Numbered from the stretch's first letter, positions 17,278 to 28,195 are shown. The stretch: 64,000 nucleotides of DNA from an uncultured Lachnospiraceae bacterium (GCA_910580195.1 CAJTWA010000018.1:2144-66143), one strand, 5' to 3'. Numbers and translations are program-made. Notes: a model not told the origin generated them from the sequence alone.

Positions 17278-18528
17278 ATGAAGCAGACAGTGGACGTAAT
17301 CGTTGCAGGGGCCGGCGCGTCAGGCCTTACTGCCGGGATACAGGCGGCAAGGCAGGGGGCAAGGGTCCTCATTTTAGAACATATGGACAAGGCCGGGAAG
17401 AAGATTCTGGCAACAGGGAATGGAAAATGTAATTTTACCAATGAAAAGCAGGGCATTGCATATTACAGAGGCAAGAACCCTGCCTTTGTCTTGCCCGCAC
17501 TTGGGCAGTTTGGGCTTGCGGAAACCTTAAAGTTTTTCCGGGAGCTGGGCGTCCAAAGCAAGCCCAAACGGGACGGGTATTATTACCCCGCCAGCGGGCA
17601 GGCCTCCTCCGTGCTGGATGTGCTCCTGATGGAGTGCAGGCGGCTTGGGGTAGGGATTTCCTGCGGGGTGGGCATCCGTTCCATCCAGAAAAAACAGGGG
17701 ATGTTCCTGTTTGACGCCAAAAACGGCCAGTTCCAAAGCAGGGCCTGCATCCTTGCCACCGGGGGCAAATCTGCCAAAAAGACAGGCAGCGACGGGAGCG
17801 GGCTCATTTACGCCCAAGGGTTCGGGCACCATGTGGCGGAACTTGTGCCAGCCTTGGTACAATTGCAGGGAAAACAGCCATTTTTGAAAGATGTTGCAGG
17901 AATCCGTGCAGAATGTCAGGTCCTGCTTTACATAGGGAAGGAAAAAATTGCGGAAGACCTCGGGGAACTGCAGCTTACGGAATCCGGCGTGTCCGGGATT
18001 CCCGTGTTCCAAGTCAGCCGGTATGCATCCTATGGGCTTTTGGAAGGGAAAGAGGTGTCCGTGAAGCTGAATTTCCTGCCGGGGATATCGGCGGGACAGG
18101 CAGCAATGCTTTTGGAGGAACGGTTTTTCCGGTACGGGGAAGGGAAGACGGCAGAAGAAGCGTTGGTGGGGCTGTTCCCGCAGAAGCTGAACCGGGTGCT
18201 CCTACAGGAAAGCGGCATCCCGCTGGGGGAACAGGCGCCTTATTGCAGCAGGCGTGCGCTGGGGCGGCTGGCCCACAAAGCACAGGGGCTTACGGTGGAT
18301 ATCATTGGGACGAAGGGGTTTGACAGCGCGCAGGCGACGGCCGGGGGCGTGGATACGGAGGAAATCTGCCCGGAAACCATGGAATCCAAGCTGGTGGAGG
18401 GGCTTTTTTTCAGCGGGGAAATCGTGGATATTGACGGGATGTGCGGAGGGTATAACCTGCAGTGGGCATGGGCAAGCGGGGCTGTGGCTGGGAGGGCTGC
18501 TGCGGCTTATGCAAAATTAAAGCATTAA
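17278..18528 (+). CDS. HI0933/YhiN-family flavoprotein
   Basis: GAGASG, GKKILATGNGKCNFTN, ATGG, TAGGV, GGYNLQWAWASG. Confidence 0.92.
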   Translation: MKQTVDVIVAGAGASGLTAGIQAARQGARVLILEHMDKAGKKILATGNGKCNFTNEKQGIAYYRGKNPAFVLPALGQFGLAETLKFFRELGVQSKPKRDGYYYPASGQASSVLDVLLMECRRLGVGISCGVGIRSIQKKQGMFLFDAKNGQFQSRACILATGGKSAKKTGSDGSGLIYAQGFGHHVAELVPALVQLQGKQPFLKDVAGIRAECQVLLYIGKEKIAEDLGELQLTESGVSGIPVFQVSRYASYGLLEGKEVSVKLNFLPGISAGQAAMLLEERFFRYGEGKTAEEALVGLFPQKLNRVLLQESGIPLGEQAPYCSRRALGRLAHKAQGLTVDIIGTKGFDSAQATAGGVDTEEICPETMESKLVEGLFFSGEIVDIDGMCGGYNLQWAWASGAVAGRAAAAYAKLKH

Positions 18529-18542
18529 GATTTGGGGGGGGG

Positions 18543-18743
18543 CGGACGGCAATTTCTGGTGTCCCTTCCCCACACAAACTGGGCAACGTTCCGGCGAACT
18601 AACTGCTAACTGCAACTAAGGGATTTCGGGAAAGCCCTTATCCCTAAGTTTCCGTAAGCAGTGGATTTCGCCTACACTAAGGACGCCCATGAACCGTTTG
18701 CTTAGGGGAAGGGACACCAGAAATTGCCTGTGTACTGGAAAAA
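18543..18743. repeat. Dispersed rod-like hairpin element, copy 2 (181-nt core 18548-18728)
   Basis: GGCAATTTCTGGTGTCCCTTCCCC pairs with GGGGAAGGGACACCAGAAATTGCC; homologous to 8312-8512. Confidence 0.92.
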
Positions 18744-18788
18744 TGCCCTGATGCCGCAAAAAAAAGAAAAGCAGGAAAGAGGAAAATC

Positions 18789-20390
18789 ATGGTTAGGATA
18801 CAGCAGTTAAAATTACCTATTTCCCACACAGTGGAACAGCTGGAACAGAAAATTGCAAAAACGCTGGGGGTGAAGCCTGCTTCCATACAGGGCTATAAGA
18901 TCCGCAGGCAGTCCATAGACGCCCGGAAAAAAGGCAGCGTCTGCTATGTTTATGCCGTTGACGTGGAGGTAAAAAATGAAGCCCAAATTTTAAAGAAAGG
19001 GAAGCGGGCGGACGTGTCCCTTGCCAATGATGCTGTTTACCAATTTCCGGCTGGCGGGGAACAAATTCTCCCCCACAGGCCTGTAGTTGTGGGGAGCGGG
19101 CCGGCGGGGCTGTTCTGCGCTTACCTGCTGGCAGGGCATGGGTATGCCCCCATCATCCTTGAGCGGGGCAAACGCATGGAGGAACGTGTAAAAGATGTGG
19201 GGCAGTTTTGGGCGGATAACAAGTTAAACCCGGAATCTAACATTCAGTTTGGGGAAGGCGGGGCAGGGGCGTTTTCCGATGGGAAACTGAATACGCTAGT
19301 AAAGGACGTGAAAGGGCGCAGCCAAGCGGTATTGGATATTTTTATCCGGCATGGCGCCCCGGAGGAGATTGGCTACCAAAGCAAGCCCCATATCGGGACG
19401 GATCTTTTGCGCGGGGTGGTTACGGACATGCGCCGGCAGATTGAAGCTTGGGGCGGGCGTTTTTTGTTTGGCGCCCGTATGGATGGGATGGAATTTAAGC
19501 TGGGGAAACTGGCTGGCTTAAGGTACACCCGGGAAGGGGAACCATGTTTCATGGATGCGGAGGCTGCAGCCCTTGCCATTGGGCACAGCGCACGGGATAC
19601 CTTTGGGATGCTCCATGGCCTAGGGTTTGCAATGGAGGCCAAGCCCTTTGCCGTAGGGCTTCGGGTAGAGCATCCCCAGCCCATGATAAACGAAAGCCAA
19701 TATGGGCCTGAATTTGCCGGGAAACTGCCTGCTGCGCCTTATAAATTGACGGCAAAGTTAAAAAACGGCAGGGGCGTCTATTCCTTCTGCATGTGCCCAG
19801 GGGGCTATGTGGTAAATGCCGCCTCGGAGCCGGGCCGGATTGCCGTCAATGGGATGAGCTACAGCAGCCGGGACGGGGCAAATGCCAACAGTGCCATCAT
19901 AGTCACGGTAACGCCGGAGGATTTTGGGGTTCCCGGCCCCTTAGGGGGCATGGAATTCCAACGGAATCTGGAAGGGCTTGCGTACCGGATTGGGTCAGGC
20001 AAAGTGCCCCAGCAGCTATTCGGGGATTTTGAAGCAGGGAAGGTTTCCAGCGGCTATGGCAATTTCCCATCCGCCATCAAGGGGCAGAACGGTTTTGGGC
20101 CGATGCACACGCTGTTCCCCAAGGAACTCTCGGATTCCTTCTGCCAAGGGATGCACGAATTTTCCAAGAAAATCCCCGGCTTTAACCGGCCCGACGCAAT
20201 CTTATCCGGGGTGGAAAGCCGAACCTCCTCCCCCATCAGGATCCCAAGAAACGCGCAATTTGAAAGCAGCAAAGCAGGGGTCTACCCCTGCGGGGAAGGC
20301 GCCGGGTACGCAGGAGGCATCCTGTCCGCAGCCATGGACGGGATAAAAGTAGCCGAAGCAATCGCAGGAAAATACCGGCGCCCTGTATAA
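18789..20390 (+). CDS. Uncharacterised FAD-dependent oxidoreductase
   Basis: GSGPAG, QFGEGGAGAFSDGKL, FCMCPGG, GEGAGYAGGI. Confidence 0.9.
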   Translation: MVRIQQLKLPISHTVEQLEQKIAKTLGVKPASIQGYKIRRQSIDARKKGSVCYVYAVDVEVKNEAQILKKGKRADVSLANDAVYQFPAGGEQILPHRPVVVGSGPAGLFCAYLLAGHGYAPIILERGKRMEERVKDVGQFWADNKLNPESNIQFGEGGAGAFSDGKLNTLVKDVKGRSQAVLDIFIRHGAPEEIGYQSKPHIGTDLLRGVVTDMRRQIEAWGGRFLFGARMDGMEFKLGKLAGLRYTREGEPCFMDAEAAALAIGHSARDTFGMLHGLGFAMEAKPFAVGLRVEHPQPMINESQYGPEFAGKLPAAPYKLTAKLKNGRGVYSFCMCPGGYVVNAASEPGRIAVNGMSYSSRDGANANSAIIVTVTPEDFGVPGPLGGMEFQRNLEGLAYRIGSGKVPQQLFGDFEAGKVSSGYGNFPSAIKGQNGFGPMHTLFPKELSDSFCQGMHEFSKKIPGFNRPDAILSGVESRTSSPIRIPRNAQFESSKAGVYPCGEGAGYAGGILSAAMDGIKVAEAIAGKYRRPV

Positions 20391-20478
20391 GCATAGCCCC
20401 TCGCCGCTTTGTATAGATTCTGAAATCCATTTATAAGCATAGCCCTTGCCGCCTACCCATAGATTGTGGAATCCATTT
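20386..20478. repeat. Degenerate 46-bp tandem duplication that includes the upstream stop codon
   Basis: TATAAGCATAGCCC...ATAGATT...AATCCATTT at 20386 and 20432. Confidence 0.8.
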
Positions 20479-20686
20479 CCCAAACACGCTCCATACTACA
20501 GCAGGCTTTTCCCAATACACAGGCAGTTCCGTGCAGCCCCAAAGACTTCTAAACCGCATTGTCCACCAGAGCATTGCCCAGTTTGCGTGGGGAAGGGCTG
20601 CACGGAACTGCCGTCCGGTCCCAAAGACTTCGTAGTACTTAGGGCCATATTACACAAAAGCAATCACAAGAGAAGGGAGTATTACC

Positions 20687-23341
20687 GTGCCAGAATACAC
20701 ACCAATGATGCAGCAATATATCGATACGAAAAAAGATTACAAGGATTGCATCCTGTTCTACCGCCTAGGCGATTTCTACGAAATGTTTTTTGAGGATGCA
20801 AAAACTGCCTCCAAGGAACTGGAAATCACCCTGACCGGGAAAAACTGCGGGAAGGACGAGAAAGCCCCCATGTGCGGGGTCCCGTACCATTCCGTGGAAT
20901 CCTATTTAAATAAATTAGTGTCCAAGGGCTACAAGGTAGCCATCTGTGAGCAGGTGGAAGACCCAAAGATGGCAAGGGGCTTAGTCCGGCGGGAGGTGGT
21001 GCGGATTGTCACGCCGGGGACCAACCTAGACACGCAGGCATTGGACGAAACCAAGAACAATTACATTATGTGCATCGTATACATGGAGGACCGCTACGGC
21101 GTATCCATTGCGGACGTCACTACCGGGGATTACTATGTGACGGAGGTGGACCATGAGGCAAAGCTTAAGGACGAAATCCATAAATTTGCCCCGTCGGAAA
21201 TCATCTGCAACGAATCATTTTCCATGTCCGGGATAGACCTTGGGGACTTAAAGCAGCGGCTTGGGATTGCCGTCTATGCCTTGGACGCTTGGTATTTCAG
21301 CGACGAAACGGCCAAGAACACGCTGCTTTCCCATTTCAAGGTATCAAGCCTCCAAGGGCTTGGAATCACGGACTATGAGTGCGGCACCATTGCAGCAGGC
21401 GCGCTTTTGAAATACCTCTATGAAACCCAGAAAAACAGTCTTGCCAACATGACTTCCCTGCAGCTTTACATCAGCGGGAAATACATGGTCATCGACAGCT
21501 CCACAAGGCGGAACTTGGAGCTGGTGGAAACCTTGCGGGAAAAGCAGAAGCGGGGCTCTTTGCTTTGGGTGCTTGATAAGACGCGCACGGCCATGGGCGC
21601 GCGGATGCTTAGGAGCTTCGTAGAGCAGCCCCTGATTGACAGGAAGGAAATTGAGCGGCGCCTAGACGCCGTGGAATCGCTGAACCAAAACGCCATGCTC
21701 CGGGAAGAGCTGCGGGAATACTTGAACCCCATCTATGACATGGAGCGGCTGATTAGCCGCGTCACCTACCAGACCGCCAACCCACGGGACCTTACGGCCT
21801 TTAAGAGCTCCCTAGAAATGCTCCCCCATATCTATCACCTCCTCGGGGAATTTGACGCGCCCCTGCTTTTGGAAACCCAGTCGGAGCTGGACGTCTTGGA
21901 GGACATTTACCAGCTCATTGACGCATCCATCAAGGAAGACCCGCCCATTTCCATCCGGGACGGCGGCATGATAAAGGAAGGGTACGACGAGGAAATCGAC
22001 AAGCTGCGCCATGCCAAGACGGAAGGGAAAACATGGCTGATGGAGCTGGAAACCAAGGAGCGGGAAAAGACAGGCATCAAAAACCTCCGCATCAAATACA
22101 ATAAGGTATTCGGCTATTACCTGGAAGTCACCAATTCCTACCAGAACCTTGTCCCGGACTACTATACCAGAAAACAGACCCTTGCCAACGCAGAACGGTA
22201 TATCACGGCAGAATTAAAGGAACTGGAGGACATCATCCTTGGGGCGGAAGATAAGCTGGTTTCCTTAGAGTACGAAACCTTCCGGGACATCCGGGACAAA
22301 ATCGCAGACGAGGTGCTGCGCATCCAGAAAACCGCCAAGGCCGTGGCAAAGACGGATGTTCTGGCGTCCCTTTCCCTTGTGGCGGAGCGGAACAATTACT
22401 GCCGCCCCTCCATCAACGAAAACGGCACCATTGACATTAAAGGCGGCCGCCACCCAGTGGTGGAGCAGATGATAGACAACGACATGTTCATTTCCAATGA
22501 CACGTACCTTGACAACCATAAGAAACGCATTTCCATTATCACTGGGCCTAACATGGCCGGGAAGTCCACCTACATGCGCCAGACCGCCCTGATTGTCCTG
22601 ATGGCCCAGATTGGCAGCTTCGTCCCTGCGGAACAGGCAAAAATCGGGATTGTGGACCGGATTTTTACCCGGGTAGGGGCGTCCGACGACCTAGCAAGCG
22701 GCCAGAGCACCTTCATGGTGGAAATGACAGAGGTTGCCAACATCCTGCGCAACGCCACCAGCAACAGCCTCCTTGTTTTGGACGAAATCGGCCGGGGCAC
22801 CAGCACCTTTGACGGGCTGAGCATCGCATGGGCCGTGGTGGAGCATATCAGCAACCCCAAGCTCCTTGGCGCAAAGACATTGTTTGCCACCCATTACCAT
22901 GAACTGACGGAGCTGGAAGGCAAGCTAAATAACGTGAACAATTACTGCATCGCCGTAAAGGAAAAAGGGGACGACGTGGTATTCTTACGGAAAATCGTGC
23001 CGGGCGGCGCTGACAAGAGCTACGGCATCCAAGTGGCGAAGCTGGCCGGGGTGCCTGAAAGCGTCATCGAACGGGCCAAGGCCATTTCCGAGGAGCTCAG
23101 CGCCCATGACATTGCAGAGCTGACGGGCAGCCTGATTTCCGACAACGCCAAGCCCAGAAAGAAGCAGGAAAAGCTGGACGAGGTCGACTTAAGCCAGATG
23201 TCCTTGTTTGACACGGTAAAGGACGACGACATCATAGGGGAAATCCGGGAGCTGGACCTTGGGAACTTAACGCCCATTGACGCGCTGAATAAGCTTTACC
23301 AGCTGCAAAGCAAGGTGAAGAACCGGTGGAAGTTTACATAA
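20687..23341 (+). CDS. mutS: DNA mismatch repair protein MutS
   Basis: TPMMQQY, GDFYEMF, TGPNMAGKST, DEIGRGTS. Confidence 0.97.
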   Translation: MPEYTPMMQQYIDTKKDYKDCILFYRLGDFYEMFFEDAKTASKELEITLTGKNCGKDEKAPMCGVPYHSVESYLNKLVSKGYKVAICEQVEDPKMARGLVRREVVRIVTPGTNLDTQALDETKNNYIMCIVYMEDRYGVSIADVTTGDYYVTEVDHEAKLKDEIHKFAPSEIICNESFSMSGIDLGDLKQRLGIAVYALDAWYFSDETAKNTLLSHFKVSSLQGLGITDYECGTIAAGALLKYLYETQKNSLANMTSLQLYISGKYMVIDSSTRRNLELVETLREKQKRGSLLWVLDKTRTAMGARMLRSFVEQPLIDRKEIERRLDAVESLNQNAMLREELREYLNPIYDMERLISRVTYQTANPRDLTAFKSSLEMLPHIYHLLGEFDAPLLLETQSELDVLEDIYQLIDASIKEDPPISIRDGGMIKEGYDEEIDKLRHAKTEGKTWLMELETKEREKTGIKNLRIKYNKVFGYYLEVTNSYQNLVPDYYTRKQTLANAERYITAELKELEDIILGAEDKLVSLEYETFRDIRDKIADEVLRIQKTAKAVAKTDVLASLSLVAERNNYCRPSINENGTIDIKGGRHPVVEQMIDNDMFISNDTYLDNHKKRISIITGPNMAGKSTYMRQTALIVLMAQIGSFVPAEQAKIGIVDRIFTRVGASDDLASGQSTFMVEMTEVANILRNATSNSLLVLDEIGRGTSTFDGLSIAWAVVEHISNPKLLGAKTLFATHYHELTELEGKLNNVNNYCIAVKEKGDDVVFLRKIVPGGADKSYGIQVAKLAGVPESVIERAKAISEELSAHDIAELTGSLISDNAKPRKKQEKLDEVDLSQMSLFDTVKDDDIIGEIRELDLGNLTPIDALNKLYQLQSKVKNRWKFT

Positions 23342-23502
23342 TATTTTTATGGAAACCATTATAGGACAAACTTCATTATTATAAGGATTGCACGGATTGA
23401 AAACAATATTTGTGTTGGAAAAATACACGGCTGCCCTTTATGGGAAAAATCAACCATAGACCATTTGGACACGGAAAATATTCTGGAATAAAAGGAGCCC
23501 TT

Positions 23503-25734
23503 ATGCCAAACATAGAAATCTTAGACCAACAGACCATCGACAAAATCGCGGCCGGCGAAGTCATCGAACGCCCCTCCTCCGTCGTAAAGGAACTGGTGGA
23601 AAATGCCATAGACGCCAAGGCCAGCGCCATCACCGTGGAAATCAAGGAGGGCGGCATTTCCTTCATCCGCATCACGGACAACGGGTGCGGGATTGAACCG
23701 GAGGAAGTGGCCTTAGCATTTTTACGCCATTCCACCAGCAAAATCCGGAATGTAGAAGACCTGCTTACGGTATCTTCCCTTGGGTTCCGGGGGGAGGCCC
23801 TAAGCAGCATTGCGGCAGTTTCCCAAGTGGAGCTGATTACCAAGACCTTTTCCGGCTTTAGCGGCACCCGCTATGTGATAGAAGGCGGCGAGGAAAAATC
23901 CACAGAAGAAATCGGCGCGCCGGAGGGCACCACATTCTTGGTGCGCAACTTATTTTACAATACCCCCGCCCGGCGGAAATTCCTAAAAACCCCTCAGACC
24001 GAAGCAGGCTACATTGGGGACCTGATGGAGCGGCTTGCCTTGTCCCACCCGGAAATTTCCTTTAAGCTGATTGCCAACAACCAGCCGAAGCTCCATACCT
24101 CCGGCAATTCCAACTTAAAGGAAGCCATATACCATGTCTATGGCCGGGACATTGCCGCAAACCTGATTGAAGTCCAAGGGGAAAATGAATGGTTTTCGGT
24201 CCGGGGGTTTATCGGCAAGCCTTTGGTTTCCAGAGGGAACCGGAATTTTGAAAATTATTTCATCAACGGCAGGTACATCAAGAGCAGCCTGATTGCCAAA
24301 AGCATTGAGGAAGGCTACAAATCCTTTGTGATGCAGCACAAATACCCCTTCACCGTCCTGCATATTTCCATCAGCGGGAATTATCTGGACGTCAACGTCC
24401 ACCCCACGAAAATGGAACTTCGGTTCAGCAACGGGGAGGAAGTGTACCAGTTCTTAACCCGCCTCATCCGGGACGCCATCAATGAAAATGAACTGGTTTA
24501 CCAAGTCAGCTTGGAAAAGGAGCAGGAGGAAAAGGCAAGGCAGGCGCGTGAGAAAAAAGCAAGGCTTACCTCCAGCCGCCATGCCCCGGAGCCTTTTGAA
24601 GCCAAACGCCTAGAGGCCGTGAAAGAAGCCATAAGGAAGGACAGCCCTTATGAGCCAAAATATGGCGGGGCTGCAAGGATTCCGCAAGGCCAAAGCCAGC
24701 AGGAGAAGTTTCCCGCGCTGGCAGAAGAGGAAATTACATTTTCCGCCCAAAAACAAGCAGGTGCAGCAGCAGACCTCCCAGAACTGGCAGAAGAGGAAAT
24801 TACATTTTCCACCCAAAGGCAAGCAGGTGCAGCAGCAAACCTCCCAGAACTGGCAGAAGAGGAAATTACATTTTCCGCCCAAAGGCAGGCAGATGCAGCA
24901 GCAAACCCGATTCCACAAAAGGAGGACAGCAGCCCAGAAATAATTTCTTCTATAAAAATGGGCGCAGAAAATGACGGAACTTTCCTTTCCGCAGAAACAA
25001 GCACAAAAGATACCGGGACTTTCCTTTCCGCAGAAATGGATGCTAAAGATGGCGGAACTTTCCTTTCCGCAGAATCAGGAACGGGACATGCCCAGCTATC
25101 CCTTCCCACAGAAGATGCAGCAGCCCGTCCCCGGAAACTGTTAGAGGAGGCCTCCCGGGGCAGCCACCGGATAATCGGCCAGCTTTTCGGTACTTACTGG
25201 CTGGTAGAATTTGACAGCAGCCTGTACATTATCGACCAGCACGCAGCCCACGAAAAAGTCCTCTACGAGCGGCTCCTATCCTCCCTGCGCACAAAGGATT
25301 TTACCTCGCAGGCCATCTACCCGCCCATCCTGCTGACCTTAAACATGCAGGAAGAAGCGCTCCTGAAAAAATACATGCCTTATTTCCAAGAACTGGGCTA
25401 TGAAATCGAGCATTTCGGCGGGAAAGAATATTCCATCACGGCAGTCCCGGCAAACCTCTTCGGGCTGGACGGGCAGGGGCTTGCCATTGAGATTTTGGAC
25501 AGCTTGGCTGCCTTCCACGGGAAGGAAACGCCCCAGATGGTGACGGAAAAAATCGCCTCTATGTCCTGCAAGGCGGCAGTAAAAGGGAACCAGTCCCTTT
25601 CCCGCCCAGAGTTAGAAGCATTAATTGGGGAACTCCTGTCACTGGAAAACCCCTACCATTGCCCCCATGGGAGGCCTACCATTATTTCCATGTCAAAATA
25701 CGAGCTGGAAAAGAAATTTAAAAGGGTATTGTAG
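23503..25734 (+). CDS. mutL: DNA mismatch repair endonuclease MutL
   Basis: IAAGEVIERP, GFRGEAL, DQHAAHE, CPHGRP; AAGGAG RBS before 23503. Confidence 0.97.
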   Translation: MPNIEILDQQTIDKIAAGEVIERPSSVVKELVENAIDAKASAITVEIKEGGISFIRITDNGCGIEPEEVALAFLRHSTSKIRNVEDLLTVSSLGFRGEALSSIAAVSQVELITKTFSGFSGTRYVIEGGEEKSTEEIGAPEGTTFLVRNLFYNTPARRKFLKTPQTEAGYIGDLMERLALSHPEISFKLIANNQPKLHTSGNSNLKEAIYHVYGRDIAANLIEVQGENEWFSVRGFIGKPLVSRGNRNFENYFINGRYIKSSLIAKSIEEGYKSFVMQHKYPFTVLHISISGNYLDVNVHPTKMELRFSNGEEVYQFLTRLIRDAINENELVYQVSLEKEQEEKARQAREKKARLTSSRHAPEPFEAKRLEAVKEAIRKDSPYEPKYGGAARIPQGQSQQEKFPALAEEEITFSAQKQAGAAADLPELAEEEITFSTQRQAGAAANLPELAEEEITFSAQRQADAAANPIPQKEDSSPEIISSIKMGAENDGTFLSAETSTKDTGTFLSAEMDAKDGGTFLSAESGTGHAQLSLPTEDAAARPRKLLEEASRGSHRIIGQLFGTYWLVEFDSSLYIIDQHAAHEKVLYERLLSSLRTKDFTSQAIYPPILLTLNMQEEALLKKYMPYFQELGYEIEHFGGKEYSITAVPANLFGLDGQGLAIEILDSLAAFHGKETPQMVTEKIASMSCKAAVKGNQSLSRPELEALIGELLSLENPYHCPHGRPTIISMSKYELEKKFKRVL
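24718..25075 (+). repeat. In-frame tandem repeats in the MutL linker: 3 x 66 bp and 3 x 39 bp
   Basis: LAEEEITFS units at 24718, 24784, 24850; TFLSAE units at 24979, 25018, 25057. Confidence 0.9.
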
Positions 25735-25756
25735 GCGAAAGGAATAAGTAATTATC

Positions 25757-26716
25757 ATGAAACAGCCATTAGTTATATTAACCGGGCCCACTGCCGTGGG
25801 GAAGACAGAGCTTTCCATCGCTTTGGCAAAGCTGATAAATGGGGCAGTCATTTCCGCGGATTCCATGCAGGTTTACCGCCACATGGACATCGGCTCCGCC
25901 AAAATCACAAAAGAAGAGATGCAGGGCGTCCCCCACTACCTCGTAGATGAATTTGAGCCAGACGAGGAATTCCATGTGGTGCGGTTCCAAGAACGCGCCC
26001 AGCATTATCTGGAACGCATCAATGCAGCAGGGCAAATCCCAATCCTCGTAGGCGGTACCGGGTTCTATATCCAAGCCTTGCTCTATGGGATTGACTTTAC
26101 CCAGCAGCAGGAGGACAGCGGATACCGGGAAACATTAAGGCAAACTGCAAAAACCCAAGGCCCAGGTGCCCTCCATAAGATGCTGGCAGAAGTGGATCCA
26201 GACGCAGCCGCCGGGATCCATGCAAACAATGTAAAACGCGTCATACGCGCGCTGGAGTTTTACCATTTCACCGGGCAGAAAATCTCCGAGCACAACAAGC
26301 GGGAGCAGCAGCGGGAATCCCCTTATAATTACGCCTATTTTATCCTGAATGACGGCCGGGAACAGATTTACCAGCGGATTGGGCAGCGGGTAGACAAAAT
26401 GCTTGCAGACGGGCTGGTAGAAGAGGTGCAGCAGCTAAAGGCCATGGGGTTCCACAAAGGCATGGTATCCATGCAAGGCCTTGGCTATAAAGAAATCCTT
26501 GATTACTTAGAAGGGGGCTGCACGCTGGAAGAAGCCGTTTACCGGATCAAACGCGATACCCGGCATTTCGCCAAACGCCAGCTGACATGGTTCCGGCGGG
26601 AACGTGACGTCATCTGGCTGCCGAAACCCAATTTTAATTACAGCAATGAAAAAATATTATCCTATATGGAAGAAGTGCTAAAAGAAAAAAAGATAATCCC
26701 TGAAGAGCATAAATAA
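25757..26716 (+). CDS. miaA: tRNA dimethylallyltransferase
   Basis: GPTAVGKT, ISADSMQVY, VGGTGFY, AKRQLTWF. Confidence 0.96.
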   Translation: MKQPLVILTGPTAVGKTELSIALAKLINGAVISADSMQVYRHMDIGSAKITKEEMQGVPHYLVDEFEPDEEFHVVRFQERAQHYLERINAAGQIPILVGGTGFYIQALLYGIDFTQQQEDSGYRETLRQTAKTQGPGALHKMLAEVDPDAAAGIHANNVKRVIRALEFYHFTGQKISEHNKREQQRESPYNYAYFILNDGREQIYQRIGQRVDKMLADGLVEEVQQLKAMGFHKGMVSMQGLGYKEILDYLEGGCTLEEAVYRIKRDTRHFAKRQLTWFRRERDVIWLPKPNFNYSNEKILSYMEEVLKEKKIIPEEHK

Positions 26717-26785
26717 TATATGGAAGAACTGACATAAAAAGATGATTTGTGAAAAACATAGATAGCAAAAAAGAAAGGACAACCA

Positions 26786-28060
26786 ATGGAAGAATTATAC
26801 CAAGCACTCGGCATCCAAAAAGAGGTCTACGGCTTCGGCCAGCAATTTGAAGAAAAACTAAAGCCCCGCTTCGCCGAATTAGACAAAACTGCCGAATACA
26901 ACCAGCTAAAAGTCATAAAAGCCATGCAAGCCCACAGGGTCAGCGCAGAATGTTTCATGGGAACGACCGGATATGGGTATAATGACTTAGGGAGGGACAC
27001 CCTAGAAGAAGTGTACGCTGCCTGTTTCCACGGGGAAGCCGCGCTGGTGCGCCCCCAAATCACCTGCGGCACCCATGCCCTTGCCCTTGCGCTGATGTCC
27101 AATTTAAGGCCCGGCGACGAACTGCTATCCCCAGCAGGAAAGCCTTACGACACCTTAGAGGAAGTCATCGGCATCCGCCCTTCCAAGGGTTCCCTCGCAG
27201 AATACGGCGTCACCTACCGCCAAGTGGATTTGCTCCCAGACGGCTCCTTCGACTACGGAGCCATCGCAGCATCCATCACGGAAAAAACAAAACTCGTAGC
27301 CATCCAGCGTTCCAAAGGCTACCAGACCAGGCCCACCTTTTCCGTTGCCCAGATAGGCGAACTGATTTCCTTTGTGAAAAAAATCAAGCCCAGCCTAATC
27401 TGCATGGTAGACAACTGCTATGGGGAATTTGTGGAGCGGGAAGAGCCCCTAGAGGCCGGCTCAGACATGATAGTAGGCTCCCTGATTAAAAACCCCGGCG
27501 GCGGCTTAGCCCCCATCGGCGGCTACATCGCCGGCAAAAAAGAGTGCATCGAAAACGCCGCTTACCGGCTGACCTCCCCGGGCCTTGGCAAAGAGGTTGG
27601 GGCGTCCCTAGGCGTCACCCAATCCCTGTACCAAGGATTGTTCCTGGCCCCCACCGTAGTAGCAGCAGCCTTAAAAAGCGCCATTTTTGCCGCAAACATA
27701 TACGAAAGCCTTGGGTTCCCCGTCATCCCAGACGGCTCCGAAAGCCGCCACGACATCATCCAAGCCGTCACCCTGAACTCCCCAGAAGCCTTAATCGCTT
27801 TCTGCCAAGGCATCCAAGCCGCCGCCCCGGTAGACAGCCATGTAACCCCGGAACCATGGGACATGCCCGGCTACGATGACAAGGTAATCATGGCCGCCGG
27901 GGCATTTATCCAAGGCTCCTCCATTGAGCTAAGCGCAGACGGCCCCTTGCGCCCCCCATACGCCGCCTATTTCCAAGGCGGCCTGACATGGCCCCACGGA
28001 AAGCTCGGCATATTAATGTCCCTCCAAAAACTGTACGAAGCCGGATTAGTAAATTTATAA
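26786..28060 (+). CDS. Methionine gamma-lyase family / YnbB-like PLP protein
   Basis: TGYGYNDLGRD, DNCYGEF, GSLIKNPGGG, IELSADG. Confidence 0.9.
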   Translation: MEELYQALGIQKEVYGFGQQFEEKLKPRFAELDKTAEYNQLKVIKAMQAHRVSAECFMGTTGYGYNDLGRDTLEEVYAACFHGEAALVRPQITCGTHALALALMSNLRPGDELLSPAGKPYDTLEEVIGIRPSKGSLAEYGVTYRQVDLLPDGSFDYGAIAASITEKTKLVAIQRSKGYQTRPTFSVAQIGELISFVKKIKPSLICMVDNCYGEFVEREEPLEAGSDMIVGSLIKNPGGGLAPIGGYIAGKKECIENAAYRLTSPGLGKEVGASLGVTQSLYQGLFLAPTVVAAALKSAIFAANIYESLGFPVIPDGSESRHDIIQAVTLNSPEALIAFCQGIQAAAPVDSHVTPEPWDMPGYDDKVIMAAGAFIQGSSIELSADGPLRPPYAAYFQGGLTWPHGKLGILMSLQKLYEAGLVNL

Positions 28061-28195
28061 TCCTCCTCCCACACCATTTTTTGTAATTTTTTATGAATTT
28101 TTAACAATAAATTAGTATACACAACCGCCCATATATGCTAAAATAAAATGTAAAACTTTTTCCTTTGCAATGAGAGAGCGCAAAGAACTTAATAT

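Noticed and set aside
26786..28060. C-rich third positions suggesting foreign origin or an inversion
   Set aside because: A visual impression only; the gene is in its usual position after miaA.
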